From an uncultured Chloroflexia bacterium (GTDB lineage: Bacteria; Chloroflexota; Limnocylindria; QHBO01), in contig OY969424.1 of the NCBI GenBank assembly GCA_963699235.1, forward strand, positions 1,850,964 to 1,914,963: a DNA stretch of 64,000 bases, read 5' to 3'. Each line of letters begins with the position of its first letter. The first letter of the stretch is position 1. Both the position numbers and the translations under genes were made by a program. Positions 45,885 to 54,429 of this stretch are shown piece by piece. The notes under the pieces are model-generated. The model worked only from the letters and a program-made list of their open reading frames with translations, did not search any database and had not been told where the DNA came from.

Positions 45885-46990
45885 ATCGCCATCACCCGGG
45901 ACGCGCATTCGTCCCAGCTCGGCAGTCGTGGGGGCTCGTGGGCATCAGCCGGAGCCTCGAGCTGCTGCAGCAGCGCTCGGGCGATCTCCTCGCTGTCGGC
46001 CGACTGCTCGACCGCCACCGCCTGGGGCAGGTCCGCCACCTCGGCCAGCGCGGTCCCACGGCTGACCACGATCCGGCAGCCGAGCGCCAGGGCCTCGTGA
46101 ATTGCGAGCCCCTGCGACTCGTAGTCGCTCAGCAGGGCGACGACCTGGGCGCGAGCCAGCAGGCCTGACACGTCGGCCCGGGATGCGGAGCGAATCTCGA
46201 CCGCGTGGTCCACTCCACAGGCGATGGCCCGCTCACGGAGCGCCTTCTGGTAGGGACCGCTGCCAAGGACGAGGATCCGGGCATCGGAGTGGCGCTCGCG
46301 GACAAGCGGAAGCGCCTCGATCAACCGGTGGTGGCCCTTGTATCGCTCGAGGCGACCGACCGACAGAATCAGGCCCGGCTCCCGGGTCAGCGGCTCCGCG
46401 CGCTCGGGCTCCGGGATGTCCGACCCATTCGGGATGACGGCGAACCGGCCGCCGGGCAGACCCAGCCGCCGCGAGAACTCGGTGGCCTCGAAGCGCGAGA
46501 CGGCGATCAGGCGGTCGGCACCGGCCAGCTGCCGCCGAAGGGCGCGCAGCTGCACGGGTCGAATCGCACGCCGAATCCGCGACGAGTGGCCGCCGGAGTG
46601 AAGGGTGACGACGTACGGGATGCGCGCCCGCCTGGCCGCGGCCATGGCCAGCGGTGGCACGAACGTGTGGTAGCCCTGGCAATGGACGAGATCGGCAGTC
46701 GTGGACCGAACCCGGCGATAGATCTCCGGGGCGATGTAGAGGTCACTGCCTGGCGGTCCGGCCGGGACCCGGACGACGCGCACGCCGTCCACCACCTCCC
46801 GTGGCGGGAGGCGGCGGTCGAGGTCCGTGGTCAGGACCTGGACTTCGAAGGCGCCGTCGGCGGCGACCCGGCGTGAGAGCTCGCGGGTGTGCGTTTCCAC
46901 CCCACCGGTGTACGGCGGAAATCGGTGCGCGACCATGAGCACCCGGATGGGACGGTCCTGCGCCTCGGCTGCCCGGCCGGGACGAGTCAT
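45821..46990 (-). CDS. Glycosyltransferase family 4
   Basis: From the ATG at 46990 (ATGA overlap with the upstream GT2): IRVLMVAHRFPPYTGGVETH, GRLERYKGHHRLIEA and ESQGLAIHEALALGCRIV (E-x7-E). The remainder of the 591-aa track ORF is an out-of-frame read of the GT2 gene. Confidence 0.85.
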   Translation of the reverse strand: MTRPGRAAEAQDRPIRVLMVAHRFPPYTGGVETHTRELSRRVAADGAFEVQVLTTDLDRRLPPREVVDGVRVVRVPAGPPGSDLYIAPEIYRRVRSTTADLVHCQGYHTFVPPLAMAAARRARIPYVVTLHSGGHSSRIRRAIRPVQLRALRRQLAGADRLIAVSRFEATEFSRRLGLPGGRFAVIPNGSDIPEPERAEPLTREPGLILSVGRLERYKGHHRLIEALPLVRERHSDARILVLGSGPYQKALRERAIACGVDHAVEIRSASRADVSGLLARAQVVALLSDYESQGLAIHEALALGCRIVVSRGTALAEVADLPQAVAVEQSADSEEIARALLQQLEAPADAHEPPRLPSWDECASRVMAIYRAVLSGADPPTPATGSRTS

Positions 46991-47967
46991 TGGGCCGGGC
47001 CGGGCCGGGGCTCGCGCTCTGGTTCCGCGGACCGCTCTCCCGCCCCGAGCCGGCCGGCGATGTAGCCCGCCACCGTGAACCCGAGGCCCGCCGCGATCGC
47101 GCCGGCCTTCCGAGCGTCCTCCAGTCCGGCACCGCGCAGGGCGGTCTCGAGATTGCGAGCCATGCCGCGCGGGAGGGTCACGGCCGCATGGCGGCGCTCC
47201 GAGGCAAGGCCCGAATCGGCGCCCACAAGCGTGGTGATCCGCGCCTTCGACCGGCCTTCGGCCAGGCAGCGGGCGCGGAAGTAGTCCCACGTGGCCCGCT
47301 CGGCCCGTACCCGGTGGCTGACGTTCGCCGCCGGCTGGTAGAGGAGGACACGGTCCGGCATGGCGCGACGGAGCCGGATACAGAACTCGGTCTCCTCCCC
47401 GCCGACCGGCCGGCGGCCGACGCGCCCGATGCTGGTGTCGAACCCGCCGGCGGCGGCAAAGGCCTCGCGCCGGAAGGACATGTTGCAGCCCAGCGGGTTC
47501 CTGATCTGGGCAAGGTGGGTTGGCAGACCCCGATAGCTGCAGCCGACGACCCAGTCGAACTCCTCCGGGAACCACTCGGGGCGCCCGGTGTCCCACGCCG
47601 GGGTCGCCGAGCCGCCGACGCCGACCACCCGTCGATCGCGGTAGGGATCAGCCAGGGCGGCCAGCCACCCCGGGCTCGCGACCGCGTCGTCATCGAGGAA
47701 GGCGACGATGGGACCGGTGGAAGCGGCCACGCCGGCGTTGCGCGCATCCGACAGGCCCTGGCGGCCGGTGTTCGGGACGACCCGAACCGCCGAGTGGGCG
47801 GCGGAAACGCGGGCGCCGAGGGCGTCGTTGTGGTCGGTGACCACGATCGTTTCCATCGGCGGCAGGGTCTGGTCTCGAACGGAGTCGAGGGCGCGGACGA
47901 GATCGTCCCACCGGTCGTCGGCGAAGGCGCAGATGACGACCGAGAACTCGGCCCGCGGCGTGCTCAC
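46987..47967 (-). CDS. Glycosyltransferase family 2
   Basis: FSVVICAFADDRWDDLVRALDSVRDQT, GLSDARNAG, AFLDDDA (DxD) and GGEETEFCIRL. Confidence 0.85.
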   Translation of the reverse strand: MSTPRAEFSVVICAFADDRWDDLVRALDSVRDQTLPPMETIVVTDHNDALGARVSAAHSAVRVVPNTGRQGLSDARNAGVAASTGPIVAFLDDDAVASPGWLAALADPYRDRRVVGVGGSATPAWDTGRPEWFPEEFDWVVGCSYRGLPTHLAQIRNPLGCNMSFRREAFAAAGGFDTSIGRVGRRPVGGEETEFCIRLRRAMPDRVLLYQPAANVSHRVRAERATWDYFRARCLAEGRSKARITTLVGADSGLASERRHAAVTLPRGMARNLETALRGAGLEDARKAGAIAAGLGFTVAGYIAGRLGAGERSAEPEREPRPGPAQ

Positions 47968-49286
47968 CCGAATGCGGCCTCGATCTGGTCGGCCTCGTCC
48001 ACGGCGGGCGCGAGGTGCGCCCCACCGGGCGGCGGTCGCATCGCGACCCAGAGCATCGGCAGCATGAACACCGCCTGCAGCATGAGAACCCCGAACCGGG
48101 CCCAGGCGAATCCCTCGAGGCCCCCCAGCTCAGCGCCGATGACCGCGGCCCCCAGCTCCATGACGAGGGTGATGACGCCAACCACCGCGGCGCGCGAGAC
48201 GGAGCCACGCACCCGGTGAATGGCGATCCAGTGGTCCTTGACCAGGACAGGCAGCGCGCTGACCGCCAGGATGACGACGGTCGGGTAGGCGTTGGCATAT
48301 GACTGGCCGAAGAACCCGATGACCCATGGGCCGAAGACCAGGAGCACGAGTGTCCCGAAGACAGTGGCGAGCGCACAGAAGCCAAGCGTGAAGCGGATCT
48401 GCCGCCACAGGGTGTCCGGGGCGCGGGCGCCGACGATGTAGAGGGTGAACGTCGCCTCCTTGCCGAGCAGGAGGATGAGGTTGGAGATGAGGAACGCGAT
48501 GTAGAACGCCGCGTTCTCCTCGGCCGAGATCGCGATCGTGACCAGGAGCGGCAGGAGCCAGACCGATGCCGACCGCGACAGGTTGACGACGTGGTGGGCA
48601 AGGGCGTCGGGGGCCATGGCCCGCAGGCGATGCCACATCAGGGGCCGGATGTCGCCGGTCAGGCGGGCGTTGTGGACCAGGACGATCACGACCCCCAGGG
48701 ACAGGAGCATGCCGGCGAACCAGGCGAGGTAGATGCCCATCCCGTCGTCCCAGATGGTCGCCGCCGCGAGGACGGCGAGAACGGGCAGGCGTCCGATGCC
48801 GAAGATCGTGTTTCGGATCAGCTGCATGAGCCGCTGGTTGACCGAGACCAGCACCTGGTCGAGGACCGATGTCAGTGCCGTGACCCCGACACCCAGGGCG
48901 AAGACGACGATGGCCAGCGGCTGGGCCAGCGGGGCGAGGTCCTCGGACAGCAGCGGGGCCAGCACGGCAAAGACCACGCCGAGCACGAGCCCGGTGATCG
49001 CCGCGGCCAGGGTGGCGGTCACCGCGAGGGACGCGACCCGCTCCTCCTTGTGCAGGATGCCGGCGAGCGCGGTGCCCAGGCCGAGCATGGCCACCTGGGA
49101 GAGGAACAGCATCGACGACACGGCGGCGCCGGCCAGGCCGATGGCCTGGACCGAGTAGCCCTGAGCCGCGATCCACCAGAAGATGAAGCCGGTCCCGCTC
49201 GTGAGCAGGCTGGCGGCGAACAGACCGGTGGTCGCGCCGATGGTCCACCGGAATGGCGCGAGGCGAGCCGGCCAGGCGAGGTTCAT
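47964..49286 (-). CDS. Polysaccharide biosynthesis/flippase protein (MOP superfamily), copy 3
   Basis: From the ATG at 49286 (MNLAWPARLAPFRW...): about 12-14 TM helices across 440 aa. The start of the next gene overlaps its stop (ATGA type). Confidence 0.7.
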   Translation of the reverse strand: MNLAWPARLAPFRWTIGATTGLFAASLLTSGTGFIFWWIAAQGYSVQAIGLAGAAVSSMLFLSQVAMLGLGTALAGILHKEERVASLAVTATLAAAITGLVLGVVFAVLAPLLSEDLAPLAQPLAIVVFALGVGVTALTSVLDQVLVSVNQRLMQLIRNTIFGIGRLPVLAVLAAATIWDDGMGIYLAWFAGMLLSLGVVIVLVHNARLTGDIRPLMWHRLRAMAPDALAHHVVNLSRSASVWLLPLLVTIAISAEENAAFYIAFLISNLILLLGKEATFTLYIVGARAPDTLWRQIRFTLGFCALATVFGTLVLLVFGPWVIGFFGQSYANAYPTVVILAVSALPVLVKDHWIAIHRVRGSVSRAAVVGVITLVMELGAAVIGAELGGLEGFAWARFGVLMLQAVFMLPMLWVAMRPPPGGAHLAPAVDEADQIEAAFG

Positions 49287-49359
49287 GCGGGGACGGCCAC
49301 GTCGGGCCGGCTTGCGCGACGCGGCGGGACGTCTGCGCGCGCGGCCTCGTCGGCCCGGG

Positions 49360-50298
49360 TCATGCGACGCTGCGGGCGTCCGGGCGGGGCGTGGCAGCCG
49401 GCAACCAGCGGGAGAGATCGCGTCCCAGCAGCTCGCCGAGGCGCTGGACTTCGGGCGCAAGCTCGGTCGTGAGCCGTTCGCGGACCGAGCGGTCCAGCGG
49501 CGGCCGCTCGTAGGGGCGGCTGTTGGCGGACAGCACCTTCGCCCGCAGCTGATGGGCCAGCGGGGCGCGGCGGAGGAGGGGAATGAAGCGGGCCAGCGGG
49601 GCGGGCGGGCGTACGACGAACGACTGCAGGGAGGAGTTGACCGGGCGCTTGGACTCGTTCACGCGTTCGAAGGATGGCCGAAAACCGTCGTCCACGCCAA
49701 GGAACCGCACGACCTCGAGGTAGGCGGCTTCCGGATCGCGGATGAAGTCGTCGAACAGGAGGATCTTCACCCGATCAGGGCCGAACTCGGCCAGGTAACG
49801 CTCGACCTGGTCGGCGAACCGGACCGTGTCGCGATAGAACAGGGCCTCGGGGCGGCGCGTTGGGCCGAGGCGTCGTCCCGCACGTCGATCGGGCTCGGCC
49901 GCCAGGGCATCCTCGAAGTCGTCCAGCTCTTCGCCGCCGTAGAAGACGAGCTCGCCGTGGAGCGAGTACATCACGTCCACCGGGTTCCGCAGCATGATGA
50001 TGATCTGGGCATCTGGCGAGAACTCGTGGATCTCGCGCGGCGCATCGGTCGAGTACAGGTACCAGGTGCTCGCCTCGCCGACGCGCTGACCTGGCTTCGC
50101 CGGGCGGAAGAGCCGCAGGTAGTCCGCCTCGGTCAGGCGGCCGTGGATGGTGGCCAGGTCGGCGCCGAAGTACATCGGCTCCTTGTGCTCGGGCATGAAC
50201 ACGTCCGGGTGGCGCCGAAGGTACTCGTACATCGCCGTCGTTCCACAGCGTGGGGCGCCGACGATGAAGAAATCGGGCCGCGGCTCGATCCCACCCAT
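49360..50298 (-). CDS. Sulfotransferase (Sulfotransfer_1-like, heparan-sulfate-sulfotransferase-type fold)
   Basis: From the ATG at 50298: PDFFIVGAPRCGTTAMYEYLRRHPDVFMPEHKEPMYF (5'-PSB loop) and IIIMLRNPVDVMYSLH (3'-PB). It is unrelated in sequence to the sulfotransferase at 38146-39060. Confidence 0.85.
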   Translation of the reverse strand: MGGIEPRPDFFIVGAPRCGTTAMYEYLRRHPDVFMPEHKEPMYFGADLATIHGRLTEADYLRLFRPAKPGQRVGEASTWYLYSTDAPREIHEFSPDAQIIIMLRNPVDVMYSLHGELVFYGGEELDDFEDALAAEPDRRAGRRLGPTRRPEALFYRDTVRFADQVERYLAEFGPDRVKILLFDDFIRDPEAAYLEVVRFLGVDDGFRPSFERVNESKRPVNSSLQSFVVRPPAPLARFIPLLRRAPLAHQLRAKVLSANSRPYERPPLDRSVRERLTTELAPEVQRLGELLGRDLSRWLPAATPRPDARSVA

Positions 50299-51302
50299 CA
50301 ATCCACCTCCGCGAACAGGATGCGAGATCCGTGCGCCTCGAAGCGGACGGGGATGCTGCTCAAGTCCGGCAGGGCGTCGAGAACCCGGTTCCGGGCTTCG
50401 CCTTCGGCCAGGAACATGAGGAAGCCGCCGCCGCCGGCGCCGCACAGCTTGCCGCCTATGGCTCCCGCGCCCATTCCGGAGGCATACCACGCATCGATCT
50501 CCTCGGTGGAGATGGCGCTTGCGAGGCCGCGCTTGAGCTGCCAGCCAGCATCGAGGATGGCTCCGAAGCGCGCGAAGTCCGGCTCCGGCGTAGCCATGAG
50601 CGCCTGCAACTCGTAGGCCTGGTCACGCATCCGGTCCAGCACGTCTCGGTGCTCCGGCGTTCGCTCCCGCTGCTCGACCAGCACCGAGCTGGCGCGGCGC
50701 TGGTGCCCGCTCCAGAGCATGAGCAGCCGGTCGAACAGGTGATCGACCGACCCGTTCACCCCGCGGTGCGGATGTACGGTCACGTCGCCACCCGGGCGGA
50801 AGGCAAACAGGTTGAGGCCGCCGAAGGCGGCGGCGTACTGGTCCTGCTTCCCGACAGGCTGGGCGAGCATCTCGATCTCGACCGTCGACGCCTCATCGGC
50901 CAGTTGAGAGGGAGTGACACGTTCGCCCTGGAATGTGTGGAGGGCGTTGAGCAGGCCAACGGCGAAGGCGCTCGAGCCTCCCAGGCCCGAGGAGTCGGGA
51001 AGGTCGCTGACCACGCTGACGTAGATCGGTGGCTCGATCTCCAGCAGCCGGAGGCACTCGCGGGCAACGTCGTTGCGGATGGCATCGATGGAGCTGACCG
51101 ACTCGCTGACCGAGTAGTTGAGTCGGACCTTCTCGTCGAAGACCTCGCCGTGGCGCTTGACGGTCACGTAGACGTACTTGTCGATGGTGGTACTGAACAC
51201 CGCGCCGTGGTCGACGTCGTAGTGGGCGGACAGGTCGGTCCCACCCCCCGCGAAGCTGACCCGGAGCGGAGTCCGGCTCATGACGATCCCCCGCCCGCTC
51301 AT
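50298..51302 (-). CDS. hddA: GHMP-family sugar kinase, D-glycero-alpha-D-manno-heptose-7-phosphate kinase type
   Basis: SRTPLRVSFAGGGTD, the GHMP motif LPDSSGLGGSSAFAVG, VGKQDQYAAAFGG and GGKLCGAGGGGFLMF. There is an alternative start at 51281. Confidence 0.8.
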   Translation of the reverse strand: MSGRGIVMSRTPLRVSFAGGGTDLSAHYDVDHGAVFSTTIDKYVYVTVKRHGEVFDEKVRLNYSVSESVSSIDAIRNDVARECLRLLEIEPPIYVSVVSDLPDSSGLGGSSAFAVGLLNALHTFQGERVTPSQLADEASTVEIEMLAQPVGKQDQYAAAFGGLNLFAFRPGGDVTVHPHRGVNGSVDHLFDRLLMLWSGHQRRASSVLVEQRERTPEHRDVLDRMRDQAYELQALMATPEPDFARFGAILDAGWQLKRGLASAISTEEIDAWYASGMGAGAIGGKLCGAGGGGFLMFLAEGEARNRVLDALPDLSSIPVRFEAHGSRILFAEVD

Positions 51303-52351
51303 CAGGCGGTCATCCCCTCACCGACGCGCCATCGGAGCGCTTCGTCGAGCGTGCCCTCCTCGATGAGCCTGGCGAGACGCTTGAGTCGGGTGTATCGGTC
51401 GCTGGTGAAGGCCTCGTACGTCAGGCCCAGTTGGCGGAAGGTCGAGGCCAGCTCGACGGCACCACGCTCGGCGTTGTGCTCAAAGGTGAAGCCCGGGAAG
51501 GTCCGCCCGAACTTCGCGAAGCTGGTCTGGTAGGTCCGCTGGTCGGCGTCGGGCACGGCCCGGATCTCGAGGGTGGCCTCCGGCACGGCGCGCTGGACAG
51601 CCTGGGCGAGGTCGCGGACCTGCTGGTTGAGCTCGTCGGCACCGACGTTGAACGCCTGGTTGTGGATGGCGTCGGCTGGCGCGTCGAGGGCGGCGAGGAA
51701 GGCCCGCGCCACGTCGTGGACGTGGACGAGCGGGCGCCACGGCGTGCCGTCGCTCATCACCGTGATGGTGCCGTTGGTGACGGCCATCCCGGTGAGGTTG
51801 TTCAAGACGGTGTCGAACCTCATCCGCGGCGAGACGCCGAAGATCGTGCCGTTGCGCAGGAAGATCGGCGAGAAGGTAGGCGTCGCCAGGGTGGCGATGG
51901 CGCGCTCGGCGACGACCTTGGAGCGGGCGTACTCGGTCTGGGGATCGAGTGGCGAGTCCTCATCCACGGCTCCCCCCTCGGCCATCCCGTACATGATGCA
52001 GGAGGAGGAGAACAGGAACCGCTCCACGCCCGCGTCACGGGCCAGCTCGGCGAGGCGGACCGTTGCGTCCACGTTGATGTCCGCCGTCCAGGCCGCGTTC
52101 AGGTTGCCGATCGGGTCGTTGCTGAGCGCTGCGAGGTGGACGACGGCGTCGAAGCCGCGCAGGTCGTCGGCCGTGACGTCACGGACGTCCCGCTCGATCG
52201 ACGGGATGTCGGCAAGCGGCATGAGGTCGCAGCCCCGGAAGAAGTCGACGTCCAGGCCGACCACGTCGTGGCCGGCATCGCGGAAGGCGGGCGCCATGAC
52301 TGCCCCCACGTAGCCGCGATGGCCGGTCATGAGGACCCGGCGGGCGGTCAT
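51302..52351 (-). CDS. NAD-dependent NDP-sugar epimerase/dehydratase (extended SDR)
   Basis: From the ATG at 52351 (ATGA overlap): RVLMTGHRGYVGAVM (a GxxGxxG variant), and YARSK (YxxxK). Confidence 0.85.
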   Translation of the reverse strand: MTARRVLMTGHRGYVGAVMAPAFRDAGHDVVGLDVDFFRGCDLMPLADIPSIERDVRDVTADDLRGFDAVVHLAALSNDPIGNLNAAWTADINVDATVRLAELARDAGVERFLFSSSCIMYGMAEGGAVDEDSPLDPQTEYARSKVVAERAIATLATPTFSPIFLRNGTIFGVSPRMRFDTVLNNLTGMAVTNGTITVMSDGTPWRPLVHVHDVARAFLAALDAPADAIHNQAFNVGADELNQQVRDLAQAVQRAVPEATLEIRAVPDADQRTYQTSFAKFGRTFPGFTFEHNAERGAVELASTFRQLGLTYEAFTSDRYTRLKRLARLIEEGTLDEALRWRVGEGMTA

Positions 52352-53565
52352 CGGGACACCCCCGCCGCCGCGGCGCTCGTCAGCTCGCGAGCGTGGAACA
52401 GGAGGCTGGCCGTGTCGTGGACCGCGCGGTAGGGCGCGCCGGCAGCGAACGCGGCCTGGCCGTCCCGCTCGTCGTCGCCGATGAACGGTGTCCGGCTGAG
52501 GTCGAGCTGAAACTCGTGTTGGGCGTCGAACAGCATCCCCGGGCTGGGCTTGCGACAGGCGCATCCCGCCTCCCAGTCGTGGGGGCAGTGATAGATGGCA
52601 TCGATCTGCCCGCCGGCGTCGGCTGCCTCGCGGACCATGCGCTCGTGGACGGCGGCCAGGTCCGCCTCGGTCATGACCCCGCGGCCGATGCCGGCCTGGT
52701 TCGAGACGACCACCACCCGGTAGCCCGCGTCGTGGAACAGGCGGAGGGCCTCGAGGCTGCCGTCGAGCCAGCGGAAGTCGGACGGGGTCCGCACGTACTC
52801 CGCCTGCGGCGGACGCTCGTTCAGGACGCCGTCGCGATCCAGGATCACGGTGGGCCGACGGGCCAGGAATTCCTCGGTCAGGGGCAGACGGTGCATGGAC
52901 CCGACACTGTAGTAGCGATGCTCGGAAACGTGCGCGCCGAGCCTCCGGTTGGCCGTCAGCCGCGGGTAGAGCGCCTCTTCCACCAGCTCGTCGCCATCGG
53001 GCGGCAGCAGGCTGAGGACCGGCTTGGGCAGGATGGCGTAGCTGATCTCGACGCCGGCCAGGTTCGCCGTGGTCCGGCTCCGGTCGTAGGCCTCGAGGAG
53101 CCCGTCAGGCCCCGTCCGGGTGTTGCTCCGGGAGTAGCCGTCGGAGTTGGCGTAGATGGTGACCATGGCCGGCGCGCCGACCCGCAGGTAGTGATCCCAC
53201 AGCCGCTCCATGTCGAGCGGCCAGTAGATGTCGCAGTACAGCAGCAGGAAGAGCGGGTCGAGGCGGTCCTCGACGACCTGGAGCCGGCGTGCGGTGAGGT
53301 CGTCGGGGTCCGTCACCGAGTAGTCGATCCGGATCCCGAATCGCGAGCCGTCCCCGAAGTGGTCCTGGATTACCTCGGGCAGGTAGCCGAGGAGCATGAG
53401 GACGCGCTCGAAGCCCTGCTCGGCCAGAAGCTCGACCGTGTACTCGAGGAACGGCCGGCCGTGGAACTCGATCATCGGCTTGGGACGGTCGTCGGTCAGC
53501 GGCCGCATGCGCGTGCCTCGACCGCCGGCGAGGATGACCGCCTGCCGGGGGCGCTCAGGGGACAT
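52348..53565 (-). CDS. Bifunctional fusion: sugar-1-phosphate nucleotidyltransferase (HddC-like) plus D,D-heptose-1,7-bisphosphate phosphatase (GmhB, HAD)
   Basis: The N-terminal half has AVILAGGRGTRMRPLTDDRPKPMIEF. The C-terminal half has VILDRDGVLNE (HAD motif I), VVSNQAGIGRG, and the GmhB zinc motif HCPHDWEAGCACRKPSPGML. Confidence 0.8.
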   Translation of the reverse strand: MSPERPRQAVILAGGRGTRMRPLTDDRPKPMIEFHGRPFLEYTVELLAEQGFERVLMLLGYLPEVIQDHFGDGSRFGIRIDYSVTDPDDLTARRLQVVEDRLDPLFLLLYCDIYWPLDMERLWDHYLRVGAPAMVTIYANSDGYSRSNTRTGPDGLLEAYDRSRTTANLAGVEISYAILPKPVLSLLPPDGDELVEEALYPRLTANRRLGAHVSEHRYYSVGSMHRLPLTEEFLARRPTVILDRDGVLNERPPQAEYVRTPSDFRWLDGSLEALRLFHDAGYRVVVVSNQAGIGRGVMTEADLAAVHERMVREAADAGGQIDAIYHCPHDWEAGCACRKPSPGMLFDAQHEFQLDLSRTPFIGDDERDGQAAFAAGAPYRAVHDTASLLFHARELTSAAAAGVSR

Positions 53566-53571
53566 GGCGGC

Positions 53572-54342
53572 CTAGCTGGTGGTGGTCGCGGCGGTCTGGT
53601 GGACGGCGAGCCTGGCGGTGATCATGTCCGCGACGGCGGAATGCGCCGTTTCCACCAGCCCGTACTCCCCGTGCCGGGTGGGCAGCCAGACGGCGACGTC
53701 GAGGAGGGCCAGGGCGGCTCCACCGTCGAAGCCGAGCAGCCCCATGGTGTGCAGGCCGGAGGACTTGGCCAGCTCGATCGCGCGCAGGATGTTGGGCGAG
53801 TTCCCGCTGGCGGAGATGACGATCAGGACGTCCCCCTCACGCGCCAGGTTCTCCAGCTGGCCGGCGAACACCCGGTCGTATCCCTCGTCGTTGGCCAGGG
53901 CGGTGAGCCAGGGGATGTTGTCGGTCAGGTTCATCACACGCATCGGCGGCTGGTCGGCGCGACGGGTTGCCTTGGCCAGATCGTTGACCCAGTGGGCCGC
54001 GGTGGCGGAGCTTCCCCCATTGCCGGCGATGAAGATCGTCGCGCCCCGGAGCCGGGCGGCTTCCAGCACCGTCGCCATCAGGTCGACGGCCTGTCGATCG
54101 AGTGTCGCCAGCAGCAGGTTCAGACGCTCAACATAGTCGCTCGCCCAGAGGCCGGACGATCCGTTTCCGTTCTCGCCGTTGTGAGCATCGGTCCCATCGG
54201 CGATGACATAGGCGAAACCGTTCGTCTCGCCGATCGCGGCGGTACCGGCGACGGCGAGCGGCGGGTACGCGTTGCCATCGGTCTCGCCGTTGCCGTCGCT
54301 CCCGTTGTGGCCGTTGCCGTTCGTGAGCGGGCTGGCGACCAT
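53572..54342 (-). CDS. gmhA: Phosphoheptose isomerase (SIS domain, 53572-54135) with an Asn/Gly/Asp-rich N-terminal extension; its frame stays open upstream into the GT2 remnant
   Basis: IFIAGNGGSSATAAHWVNDL and VISASGNSPNILRAIE are GmhA signatures. The nearest in-frame ATG is at 54342 (MVASPLTNGNGHNGSDGNGETDGN...). No stop separates it from the GT2 C-terminal segment (track ORF to 54570). Confidence 0.7.
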   Translation of the reverse strand: MVASPLTNGNGHNGSDGNGETDGNAYPPLAVAGTAAIGETNGFAYVIADGTDAHNGENGNGSSGLWASDYVERLNLLLATLDRQAVDLMATVLEAARLRGATIFIAGNGGSSATAAHWVNDLAKATRRADQPPMRVMNLTDNIPWLTALANDEGYDRVFAGQLENLAREGDVLIVISASGNSPNILRAIELAKSSGLHTMGLLGFDGGAALALLDVAVWLPTRHGEYGLVETAHSAVADMITARLAVHQTAATTTS

Positions 54343-54429
54343 CGCCACCGGGTGCAGCTCGGTCCGGGCACGACCGTTGCTCGCGGCGGCAGCGGCGGCC
54401 GTAACCACGGCGGCCTCCGACAGCGGCCG

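Noticed and set aside
45821-47596. 591-aa ORF read as a single large glycosyltransferase
   Set aside because: The N-terminal ~200 codons are an out-of-frame read of the upstream GT2 gene. GT4 homology starts at the ATG at 46990, which forms an ATGA overlap with the GT2 stop.
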